From an uncultured virus (IMG/VR IMGVR_UViG_3300050343_000139) (taxonomy: Duplodnaviria; Heunggongvirae; Uroviricota; Caudoviricetes), in IMG/VR virus record IMGVR_UViG_3300050343_000139: a DNA stretch of 28,712 bases; one strand, written 5' to 3'. Shown here one piece after another: positions 9,713 to 16,436 of this stretch. A model generated the notes under the pieces. It was given only the letters and a program-made list of their open reading frames with translations, searched no databases and was not told the origin of the DNA. Position numbers and translations under genes: made by a program. How positions within the stretch are numbered: the first letter of the stretch is position 1; each line of letters starts with the position of its first letter.

Positions 9713-9940
9713 TTAATTTAAGTACTCTGCTTTTCTTCTTTTTAAATTAGTCATAGCTTGTTCTAGTGTCGTTATGTTTTGTTGCCAAGCTAAATGTTCT
9801 TCGGGATTCTGAAGTTTATGAGGTTCCATTAAACACAAAGCCCAATGTTGAGCTTCTAGTTTTTTAATCTCGTTGTTAATAATATTTTCTTTTTCTTCCT
9901 CAGTAATAAGTTCGTAATTGTATTCTCTCATTGTTACCAC
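9713..9940 (-). CDS. Hypothetical helical protein
   Basis: ORF abutting TerL; the true start may be the ATG at 9931. Confidence 0.7.
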   Translation of the reverse strand: MVTMREYNYELITEEEKENIINNEIKKLEAQHWALCLMEPHKLQNPEEHLAWQQNITTLEQAMTNLKRRKAEYLN

Positions 9941-10179
9941 CTAAATTTCTTTTTCTTTGCTTTCTGATACTTTTCATAAGAACTAACAGATAAATCAGAG
10001 GGGTCTTTTTCCCACTCAACATCCACAGGGGTTTCAAACATAACATTTTTTGATATCTGTCTTAACATGACTGACTGACATTTAGGACAATTAATCTCTG
10101 GATTAATGTCTATCTTGTGAATAATTTCACTAACTAGTCCACAATGTTCAGCTAAACATTTATAATCGTATCTAGGCAT
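9934..10179 (-). CDS. FmdB-like zinc-ribbon protein
   Basis: MPRYDYKC..HC...CPKC...MLRQIS pattern. Confidence 0.8.
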   Translation of the reverse strand: MPRYDYKCLAEHCGLVSEIIHKIDINPEINCPKCQSVMLRQISKNVMFETPVDVEWEKDPSDLSVSSYEKYQKAKKKKFRW

Positions 10180-10555
10180 ATCTCCCCAAGTAAGCTCTTA
10201 CAAATTTAGTGTACTCTCTTTTTGCTCCAGATATAGTTTTACCATCAAAAATATCGTGATGATACTTACAAAATATAGCTACATTACCTTCACTGTTTGA
10301 AATATCCCTGTTCATACCACCCATACCAATACCTGTAATATGAGCCATTTCTAACCATTGAGTTGTATCACATTCTGGCCATTCACATTTATTTTTAGCA
10401 CGTTTTAAAGATTTTTCTCTGAGCTCTGATTTATTAATTTTACCAGTGCCTTCTCTTTTTTTTTGACCCATTCCAGATACGCCATGTGATTTAGAACGAC
10501 GTTGTTTGAATTCTTTATAACTTTCGTTTTCTGGGTCCCATTCCACTCTAGGCAT
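10172..10555 (-). CDS. HNH endonuclease (probably packaging-associated)
   Basis: CEWPEC...LEMAHI...N...FCKYHHDIFD; close to TerL. Probably leaderless: TGTTAGAAT -10 element 6 nt before ATG. Confidence 0.75.
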   Translation of the reverse strand: MPRVEWDPENESYKEFKQRRSKSHGVSGMGQKKREGTGKINKSELREKSLKRAKNKCEWPECDTTQWLEMAHITGIGMGGMNRDISNSEGNVAIFCKYHHDIFDGKTISGAKREYTKFVRAYLGRYA

Positions 10556-10585
10556 TTAAATATTCTAACAGCTCTTTGTTATAGA

Positions 10586-10640
10586 TACAGCTCTCCTAAG
10601 AGAGCCGATGATGGGAGGAGGTCGGTGTGGATGCCGACTG
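10586..10640 (-). ncRNA. Candidate sRNA-C: two hairpins around an anti-SD-like linker
   Basis: -10 TAATAT (10646-10651); hairpin GUCGGCAUCCACACCGAC; linker CUCCUCCCAUCAUC; hairpin GGCUCUCUUAGGAGAGCU. Confidence 0.45.
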
Positions 10641-10679
10641 ATTTAATATTACCTCTTTAGCCTCTGTCTAGTGGTATTG

Positions 10680-10721
10680 AAAAAGAGAAAGCCACCTCAC
10701 AGGATGGCCTTATTCTCTTTT
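10680..10721 (-). terminator. Intrinsic terminator downstream of AIPR / sRNA-B
   Basis: AAAAGAGAA-UAAGGCCAUC-CUGUGA-GGUGGCUU-UCUCUUUUU on the minus strand. Confidence 0.75.
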
Positions 10722-10761
10722 GAAAAGTATTCTCACTACAGCGTTAGCCGTAGACGAATAT
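10680..10761 (-). ncRNA. Candidate sRNA-B (promoter + hairpin + terminator)
   Basis: TATAAT at 10768-10773, hairpin UAUUCGUCUACGGCUAACGCUGUAGUGAGAAUA, then the terminator; no ORF. Confidence 0.45.
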
Positions 10762-10766
10762 AGTTA

Positions 10767-10810
10767 CATTATAACTTTATTATGAAGCTAACTTATTCTG
10801 TTTTAGACTT
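10767..10810 (-). repeat. Copy 1 of a ~42-bp imperfect direct repeat (promoter-bearing) flanking AIPR
   Basis: cattataactttattatgaagctaacttattctgttttagactt versus copy 2 at 12017-12060. Confidence 0.85.
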
Positions 10811-11943
10811 TTTAATTCTAAACGAGTTGCTTCAAACATCTCTTCCCACATTGGTTGGAAATAACCTACTGGTCTCAATTGGTCATATTGTCTAGCTATT
10901 CTTACAGCTTTCTGCATTAATTTAAATCCAATATTATCCCAAACTTTTTTAGCAAGGTGATAATTAAATTTTCCTTCCATTGCAATTATTGTTCTAAACG
11001 AAGCTATAACTGGAACGAGTACTGCCTGATGTAATACATATTCCATTTCTTTATCTTCATCAATAAACAATGTTTGATTCTTATTGTTTTTCCATGCAGA
11101 AAATATAAACGGATTGTCATCATTAGTTTCCCCTGTAGCATCGCACCACATTGGATAAGCAGTTTCTTGTACGTAGTCTTTAAATCTATAAATATCTTTT
11201 AAACTAGATTTAAATTTCTTGTAGTTGTCATATTGTTCTTCATACTTATCTACAATTTTATTCTTACCACCATAGGCAAGCATCTTTGTATTAGGTTCAA
11301 TCATAAGTTCTGTTCCATCTTTTATCAATGAATAAACTGTTGATATGATATCTCTAACTTTTACAGTTCCATCATCTCCTTGAAAATAAACTATTGCATC
11401 TTCGTATGGAGTATTTTTAAAAGCGTCTTTAATCCACTGAAATTGTCCTTTATGATTTAATAATGATTCATCACTAACTTGCAAAGAATTATTTAAACCA
11501 ATAGAAATATTTAATCTAGTTGACTCATCTTTGACACCAGTCATTATGAAAACTCTTACAAACCTATCTTTTGGTATTGTATTCAATTCATCTCTTATAG
11601 CACCGTAGAGATGTCCTCCGTTAACAATGCCGTCTTCATCTGACAATGTAATGGTTATGGAATCATCCTCGACAACTGCGCTATCAGCTAGTATATGAAT
11701 ACCTAAAGAGGCAAACATAAATAAGTCTGGTATTTGTTTTTTTTCTGTAATAGCATTTACTAGTTCTTGATATGAACTTTTATCAGCTACTTTCTTTCTA
11801 GGGTTTGGTGTATCTGGTAATTCTTCAGCCTCTGCCAAATCTTTACAGCTAATATACCCATAGTATTCTTTAACATTCTTATCAGTTAAGGAAGTTAATG
11901 TACGAATTGCCTGAATAGGCAACGTGATTTTAGTATTACTCAT
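10780..11943 (-). CDS. AIPR-family (abortive infection phage resistance; ParB-like fold) protein
   Basis: PNPRK, LFMFASLGIHIL, DGIVNGGHL, ISIGLNNSLQV motifs. ATG 11943 with a purine-rich RBS preferred over the track start at 12000. Confidence 0.85.
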   Translation of the reverse strand: MSNTKITLPIQAIRTLTSLTDKNVKEYYGYISCKDLAEAEELPDTPNPRKKVADKSSYQELVNAITEKKQIPDLFMFASLGIHILADSAVVEDDSITITLSDEDGIVNGGHLYGAIRDELNTIPKDRFVRVFIMTGVKDESTRLNISIGLNNSLQVSDESLLNHKGQFQWIKDAFKNTPYEDAIVYFQGDDGTVKVRDIISTVYSLIKDGTELMIEPNTKMLAYGGKNKIVDKYEEQYDNYKKFKSSLKDIYRFKDYVQETAYPMWCDATGETNDDNPFIFSAWKNNKNQTLFIDEDKEMEYVLHQAVLVPVIASFRTIIAMEGKFNYHLAKKVWDNIGFKLMQKAVRIARQYDQLRPVGYFQPMWEEMFEATRLELKSLKQNKLAS

Positions 11944-12016
11944 TTTATTCTCTTTCTTTATTGAGATATCTTTCTGATAATCTCTCTTAACACACAACAT
12001 TTGTTGGTGTAATCTA

Positions 12017-12060
12017 CACTATAACTTTATTATGAAGTTAAGTTACTTTGTTTTAGATTT
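12017..12060 (-). repeat. Copy 2 of the ~42-bp direct repeat; probable AIPR promoter (-10 TATAGT)
   Basis: cactataactttattatgaagttaagttactttgttttagattt. Confidence 0.85.
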
Positions 12061-12228
12061 TATATTGTAATGTCTTTCTAAATATCTTTCTAAAAAATAT
12101 GTAATGTTAGAGTTTCTGAATTCTGATGGTACAGATATGTATTCTACAATTTGTTTCTTTCTGTACATAGCCAAAACACTTTCTTTTAGCTTAAATCTGA
12201 AACCTTTGTAAATAATATCTTGAACCAT
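12043..12228 (-). CDS. Hypothetical 61-aa protein (MVQDIIYKGFRF...)
   Basis: The track's longer ORF crosses a terminator. ATG 12228 lies just downstream of it, after a TGGTATATT -10 element. Confidence 0.65.
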   Translation of the reverse strand: MVQDIIYKGFRFKLKESVLAMYRKKQIVEYISVPSEFRNSNITYFLERYLERHYNIKSKTK

Positions 12229-12262
12229 TGTTATATAAATATACCATATCTGTTTGGTATTT

Positions 12263-12300
12263 AAAAAAAACGAAAGCCGCCTCGAAGGGCGGTCTTTTCG
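12263..12300 (-). terminator. Intrinsic terminator
   Basis: CGAAAAGACCGCCC-UUCG-AGGCGGCUUUCG followed by U8. Confidence 0.9.
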
Positions 12301-12331
12301 CTCTCTTAACATCAGGGCAATGATGTGTAGA
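12263..12331 (-). ncRNA. Candidate sRNA-A (loop complementary to the whiB start region)
   Basis: Extended -10 TGTTAAAAT (12338-12346), hairpin ACAUCA-UUGCCC-UGAUGU, then the UUCG terminator. Confidence 0.55.
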
Positions 12332-12402
12332 AATATAATTTTAACATATTTGAAACATATAATATACTTTTTATACAAAATGTATGATAAAGTATTTAAC
12401 TT

Positions 12403-12582
12403 ATGTACGATTTACAAAGTTATTTAGGGAAGATGTCTTCTGGTTTTGTTACTGAAAAAAAAATAAAACAATCGAAATTCGGAAAACCTAAAAAGAAAAA
12501 AAGAAATAAAGTTTCCTCACAAGCAAACTTTCATCAACAGTTTCACGTTAGCTGGAAAATAACGGAAGACGACTTACCTTAA
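12403..12582 (+). CDS. Hypothetical basic 59-aa protein (MYDLQSYLGKMSSG...KPKKKKRNK...EDDLP)
   Basis: Read manually. Fills the gap between sRNA-A and the whiB unit; TATGAT -10 at 12383-12388. Confidence 0.55.
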   Translation: MYDLQSYLGKMSSGFVTEKKIKQSKFGKPKKKKRNKVSSQANFHQQFHVSWKITEDDLP

Positions 12583-12804
12583 GCTTTTAAGTCTTTTAAA
12601 TTGATGCGGAATAAAATTATATTCTTCATCTAACCAAGTAAAAAACTCTTCCAATGTGTATTTACCTACAATAAATGGAAAGTCATTTTCTTCAGGTGTA
12701 ACCTCCCAGTAATATTTACGCTTTTTCTTGAAACTCCGTCTGTAATCGTTGTTCTTTGCGTATTGCTCTTCGTTCTCGTTCAGACTTACCACCCCAAATA
12801 CCAA
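12574..12804 (-). CDS. Hypothetical protein overlapping the whiB 3' end; start uncertain
   Basis: Protein-like C-terminal half (YWEVTPEENDFPFIVGKYTLEEFFTWLDEEY), but the start that would include it is a TTG 89 nt inside whiB. Confidence 0.45.
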   Translation of the reverse strand: MVFGVVSLNENEEQYAKNNDYRRSFKKKRKYYWEVTPEENDFPFIVGKYTLEEFFTWLDEEYNFIPHQFKRLKSLR

Positions 12805-12997
12805 ATCTTTCTTTTCTTTCTACTGCGAATTCTAAACATACTTTTTTAACTTTACAAGAATTACAAATTGCTTTTGCTTTTACTGTAGAACCACCTCTGT
12901 CTGGAAAAAACAAGTCCTGGTCGTGTTTCTGACACTCTCCGTCCTTATACCAGTCAGGTACACTTAATAATTCTTGCAGCGGAATGAAATTACTCAT
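12716..12997 (-). CDS. whiB: WhiB-family Fe-S transcription factor
   Basis: W...GEC...DLFFP...AKAICNSCKVKKVCLEFA...FGIWGGKSERER: four Cys plus the G[IV]WGG turn. Confidence 0.97.
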   Translation of the reverse strand: MSNFIPLQELLSVPDWYKDGECQKHDQDLFFPDRGGSTVKAKAICNSCKVKKVCLEFAVERKERFGIWGGKSERERRAIRKEQRLQTEFQEKA

Positions 12998-13179
12998 TGC
13001 CCTTATACTATATAGCTTTCCTAAATCATAATAGGACTAACAATAACCATATAATGACCAACCTAAAGGCCCTTGTTTTTAGTGTTTTTCCACCTTTAGT
13101 GTAGTTGGAGGCGTAAAAATTTTTTTATTTCATGCCTTGTTGAACGCCCGTTGTTTTTGGAGATATTTGTGTGGGGAGC

Positions 13180-13635
13180 TTAGTCGCCGTACTCAACGCT
13201 AAACTTGATTGGCTCTCCACCCTCCCCGCCTATCTCTATGGCTGACCTCTTACCCCATTTCTTAGGAAAACTTCGCTCTAACCACCACGCACTGGCTTGC
13301 CAGCTGCCATTATCTGCAGCTCGCCTGATATTACGTATGTGAGCACCCTCGGCTTCAGCTCGCGCTCGCTTTACTGCCTCCGAAAACTCCGAGTACATGT
13401 TAACAACCTCAATCTTTACAGCCTCCTGTGTTGCTGGTAAGGAAGAGTCTGGAGACGGTAGGGCTTTATCTTCCTCTATAATGTCGTCCATTTCGTCACC
13501 CTTCTTCATCCATTCATAGAAGGTAGAGGGGGAAATACCAGCCATAACAGCTGCATCTTCCTGATAATAGCCTAATTTAAGCCAATTACACACATCCTCT
13601 ATAAGATTGGGGGATATTTTACTTTTTCTACCCAT
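13180..13635 (-). CDS. terS: Terminase small subunit (HTH)
   Basis: MGRKSK start, HTH AAVMAGISPSTFYEWM, FSEAVKRARAEAE, WQASAWWLER...WG, GGEPIKF tail. Confidence 0.8.
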   Translation of the reverse strand: MGRKSKISPNLIEDVCNWLKLGYYQEDAAVMAGISPSTFYEWMKKGDEMDDIIEEDKALPSPDSSLPATQEAVKIEVVNMYSEFSEAVKRARAEAEGAHIRNIRRAADNGSWQASAWWLERSFPKKWGKRSAIEIGGEGGEPIKFSVEYGD

Positions 13636-13642
13636 AATGAGG

Positions 13643-13655
13643 TAATTTTAACATA
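13643..13655 (-). promoter_or_regulatory. terS promoter core TATGTTAAAATTA (extended -10), identical to 12336-12348
   Basis: 13-bp exact match upstream of both terS and sRNA-A. Confidence 0.6.
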
Positions 13656-13800
13656 AGTGCCTAGTTGAAATGGCATTCAAAACGAGAAAATTTGTGCACG
13701 GTGCTTGGGTTTACCCTTGATAGTTGTTTTTTGATTTGGAACCCCCCCTAGGGTCTCACTCATTACAGCTAGACAAGTAACAGTATCTAATAATTAGATA

Positions 13801-13822
13801 TTGTATAATTATATAAAAGGAG
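13801..13822 (+). promoter_or_regulatory. Promoter -10 (TATAAT) and RBS (AAAGGAG) of the first plus-strand unit
   Basis: TTGTATAAT at 13801-13809 and AAAGGAG before ATG 13829; no canonical -35. Confidence 0.6.
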
Positions 13823-13828
13823 ATACTA

Positions 13829-14059
13829 ATGACTATGCCTAACATAATAAATAATAATAAAGAAGTGCTTATTGATACCGAGGAATTGGAGAAAGCATTT
13901 ACAGTAGTGGCTAAACTGTTGACTCTTAAAGATACAGAAGAGTTGCATAACAAGCTTGTTGTTTCAGTCAAGAGAAGAATGAATGACAATATCTACTCTA
14001 CAACAGTAGAGCTAAATAACATGCTTGATTCTGCATATAAGCCAGAGAGTCAATTATAA
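13829..14059 (+). CDS. Hypothetical early protein
   Basis: ORF with a strong RBS. Confidence 0.8.
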   Translation: MTMPNIINNNKEVLIDTEELEKAFTVVAKLLTLKDTEELHNKLVVSVKRRMNDNIYSTTVELNNMLDSAYKPESQL

Positions 14060-14081
14060 ATAACTAAAGAAAGGATATCTT

Positions 14082-14198
14082 ATGGATATGCAATTAATAC
14101 AAGCAATTGTGATTACTGCTGTGTCAGTGTTCATGGTTGTACAGTTACTTAATAATATATTTCCTAAATGGAAAGAAGTTATTGGGTTAACTAAGTAG
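14082..14198 (+). CDS. 38-aa single-TM microprotein
   Basis: AAAGGA RBS; MDMQLIQAIVITAVSVFMVVQLLNNIFPKWKEVIGLTK. Confidence 0.7.
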   Translation: MDMQLIQAIVITAVSVFMVVQLLNNIFPKWKEVIGLTK

Positions 14199-14264
14199 AT
14201 AGATAGACAGCATGCAAATGAATAGTGTGCTGTCTGGTGTGTCTATATATAGAAAGGAACAGAC

Positions 14265-14963
14265 ATGAATGGTGCCCAACTTTATGAACTATGGAAAGCA
14301 GAGAAAGATAAGGTTATGGAAGGTAGGATAGAAAGTATGAGTGAATCAGTAGAACAGAAAGGTGTAGTAATACTAGACTTTGAAACAACTGGTGCAAACA
14401 TTACTAATCACCCTGACAAGAAATGGGGTTACTTTAAGGGTAAGACTTGGTATGACGCTATACAAATAGCATTAATAGATACATCAGTACTAGATAGCTC
14501 AACCAAATCTGGTTACAAAGAATACTCATGGAGACTTATGCCTCATAAGGATTATCACTCAAGAAAGGACTGGGCTACATCAATACATGGTCACTCAAGA
14601 GATGAGTACCTACTAAGAACAGACTTAGTTAACTTCACAGATATATATCCAGAACTAGCAAGAATACTCAATGATAAAACAGTAGTGGCACATAATGCCT
14701 TTGGATTTGATAAATCAGTACTAGAACAGATGGCTGAGAAGTACAATGTAATCTTACCAGTATTCAATTGGAGAGATACTAAAGATGAATTAGTCAAGAT
14801 GTATCCACAAAGAAAGCATTCACAAAAAGCAGTAGCAGCTTGGATGGGATTTGATAATGACTTTGAGGGGCATGATGCATTAGTGGATGTACAAATGCTT
14901 ACTAAAATCTATCACAGAATAGAAGAGATTAAAACTAAATCAGATGACTTTTACTTTGTTTAA
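14265..14963 (+). CDS. DEDDh 3'-5' exonuclease (DnaQ/epsilon-like)
   Basis: ExoI LDFETTG, ExoII VAHNAFGFD, ExoIII HDALVD. Confidence 0.92.
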   Translation: MNGAQLYELWKAEKDKVMEGRIESMSESVEQKGVVILDFETTGANITNHPDKKWGYFKGKTWYDAIQIALIDTSVLDSSTKSGYKEYSWRLMPHKDYHSRKDWATSIHGHSRDEYLLRTDLVNFTDIYPELARILNDKTVVAHNAFGFDKSVLEQMAEKYNVILPVFNWRDTKDELVKMYPQRKHSQKAVAAWMGFDNDFEGHDALVDVQMLTKIYHRIEEIKTKSDDFYFV

Positions 14964-14970
14964 TTAGTCG

Positions 14971-14999
14971 ATGTCCTGAGCAAGACATAAAACTGCTTA
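14971..14999 (+). ncRNA. Compact H-type RNA pseudoknot
   Basis: S1 AUGUC/GACAU, loop CUGAGCAA, linker AAAAC, S2 UGAGCA/UGCUUA. Confidence 0.6.
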
Positions 15000-15007
15000 C
15001 ATACTAT

Positions 15008-15034
15008 GAGCTCACCAAATTGGTGGGCTTTTTT
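15008..15034 (+). terminator. Intrinsic terminator
   Basis: GAGCTCACCA-AAT-TGGTGGGCT followed by a T-tract. Confidence 0.85.
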
Positions 15035-15061
15035 ATTGACATAAAGAAAGGAAGGTAACTC

Positions 15062-15199
15062 ATGAGTCCATGGAAACTATTTCTATCTAGTTTCTTTCAG
15101 GTATGCGTAACTATGGTTCACCCCAATAACGAGTTTGGTGAAGCAGTAGGTTGCGAATGTTATGAGATTAATGGAATACCAGTATTCGACGAAGCGTAA
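15062..15199 (+). CDS. Hypothetical 45-aa protein
   Basis: AAAGGAAGG RBS; MSPWKLFLSSFFQVCVTMVHPNNEFGEAVGCECYEINGIPVFDEA. Confidence 0.65.
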   Translation: MSPWKLFLSSFFQVCVTMVHPNNEFGEAVGCECYEINGIPVFDEA

Positions 15200-15215
15200 A
15201 AGAAAGGTAGGACTT

Positions 15216-15308
15216 ATGTTCCCACTATACGTTGGGCTAGCAGGACTCTGTGTTCTAATAGCCTTATTAAAAACTATGAAAGACGAGCCATACAATGGCA
15301 GAAGATAA
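15216..15308 (+). CDS. 30-aa single-TM microprotein
   Basis: AAAGGTAGG RBS; MFPLYVGLAGLCVLIALLKTMKDEPYNGRR. Confidence 0.6.
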   Translation: MFPLYVGLAGLCVLIALLKTMKDEPYNGRR

Positions 15309-15358
15309 ATGTACATGTGCGCCAGTGCATGTATGCAAACTACTAAGGAGGTAAAGAA

Positions 15359-15445
15359 ATGAAACCATGTCCAATATGTGGTATACCGTTTCATTATATT
15401 ATGGTTCCTGCTTGTCAGGAATGTTGTAGAAAGGAAAGAGAATGA
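15359..15445 (+). CDS. 28-aa CxxC-CxxC zinc-finger microprotein
   Basis: AAGGAGG RBS; MKPCPICGIPFHYIMVPACQECCRKERE; ATGA overlap with the next gene. Confidence 0.65.
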   Translation: MKPCPICGIPFHYIMVPACQECCRKERE

Positions 15446-15654
15446 AACCAAGGAAGGTTGAGCAATCTCGCTTAACTTTGTTAGGAGTCGAAGTTGATAA
15501 GAAAGAATTGAACAAGAAATTGTTTAGCAATTTTGCTTATGATGCGACACTCGACAAAGTGAGTAAAGAAGAAATAACTAAAGAAGACATAGCAAGTGAG
15601 TTGATGAAAGATGAATCTTTTCTAGACGAACTGCTTACTGAATTCTCTAGTTAG
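15442..15654 (+). CDS. Hypothetical protein
   Basis: ORF with AAAGGA RBS. Confidence 0.75.
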   Translation: MKPRKVEQSRLTLLGVEVDKKELNKKLFSNFAYDATLDKVSKEEITKEDIASELMKDESFLDELLTEFSS

Positions 15655-15710
15655 TAAACAAGGCTTTGGGAAGTGCCTTCAAACTTCCCATTACTCAAGG
15701 GAGGAATTAC

Positions 15711-15953
15711 ATGAGTAATGTTAAACGTACCTTTACTTGCAGGTGGAATATAAAAGGATTCCCATGCAATCGTAGAGTATCAGAAGCCGACAGTATCTTA
15801 TTCGAAGAAGAGATATTTCCACGTTTGTTTAATGCTCAGGTGTGTGATGTACACATTAATGAGTTTGACAGAAGAGTGGGTGAACTTCGTAGGATTAAAA
15901 ATCTTATGAAATTTACAAGACACACAAGCAAGTTAGTAAAGCACATAGCATAG
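15711..15953 (+). CDS. Hypothetical protein with possible Zn ligands (C-x8-C...CxxH)
   Basis: GGGAGG RBS before ATG 15711 (the track uses an upstream TTG). Confidence 0.75.
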   Translation: MSNVKRTFTCRWNIKGFPCNRRVSEADSILFEEEIFPRLFNAQVCDVHINEFDRRVGELRRIKNLMKFTRHTSKLVKHIA

Positions 15954-15964
15954 GAGGAATAAAC

Positions 15965-16138
15965 ATGATGCCATTACTTAACCAAGGCGGCGACGGAGGT
16001 AGCAACACTATCACATTGACAGCAGTCAGTGATGATGATGGAGATAACTTTGTTGAGATAGTAGAAAGAAGCTTTGGACCAGAGGACTTCTGGCCAGCGC
16101 TTGACTCTCTATTCGGCGAGGATATTGAATACATCTAG
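15965..16138 (+). CDS. Acidic 57-aa protein
   Basis: AGGAGG RBS; MMPLLNQGGDGGSNTITLTAVSDDDGDNFVE...LFGEDIEYI. Confidence 0.7.
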   Translation: MMPLLNQGGDGGSNTITLTAVSDDDGDNFVEIVERSFGPEDFWPALDSLFGEDIEYI

Positions 16139-16214
16139 TAGCTCGGAGCTCATCACTATGTGGTGGGCTCTAGGGTGTTAGGAAAGTCCTATCAACCATA
16201 AGAAAGGAGTAGAA

Positions 16215-16436
16215 GTGGGAAACCAGAATCTACTTATCGAACAGAATCAATTAGCAATTGATTTAGCTAAAGCAGAACTGAGAGAAGAAATATCTCAGAA
16301 AGATATCACTACCAAAGAAGAGGTTAGTGAATTAGTAACAGAAACAGCTGATAGATACTATATCAGCTTTGAAGAAGTCGTAAACGAATTAGCAGACTTT
16401 GCTAATGAATTTATGGATACAACAGAGGAGGGGTAA
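16215..16436 (+). CDS. Acidic helical hypothetical protein
   Basis: AAAGGAG RBS, GTG start. Confidence 0.8.
   Translation: MGNQNLLIEQNQLAIDLAKAELREEISQKDITTKEEVSELVTETADRYYISFEEVVNELADFANEFMDTTEEG

Noticed and set aside
10600..10640. Hammerhead ribozyme suggested by CCGATGA
   Set aside because: The core should be CUGANGA with a matching GAAA and three stems; these are not present.
12229..12378. N-terminal 50 aa of track ORF 12043..12378
   Set aside because: Runs through a clear terminator and a promoter; ATG 12228 is the more plausible start.
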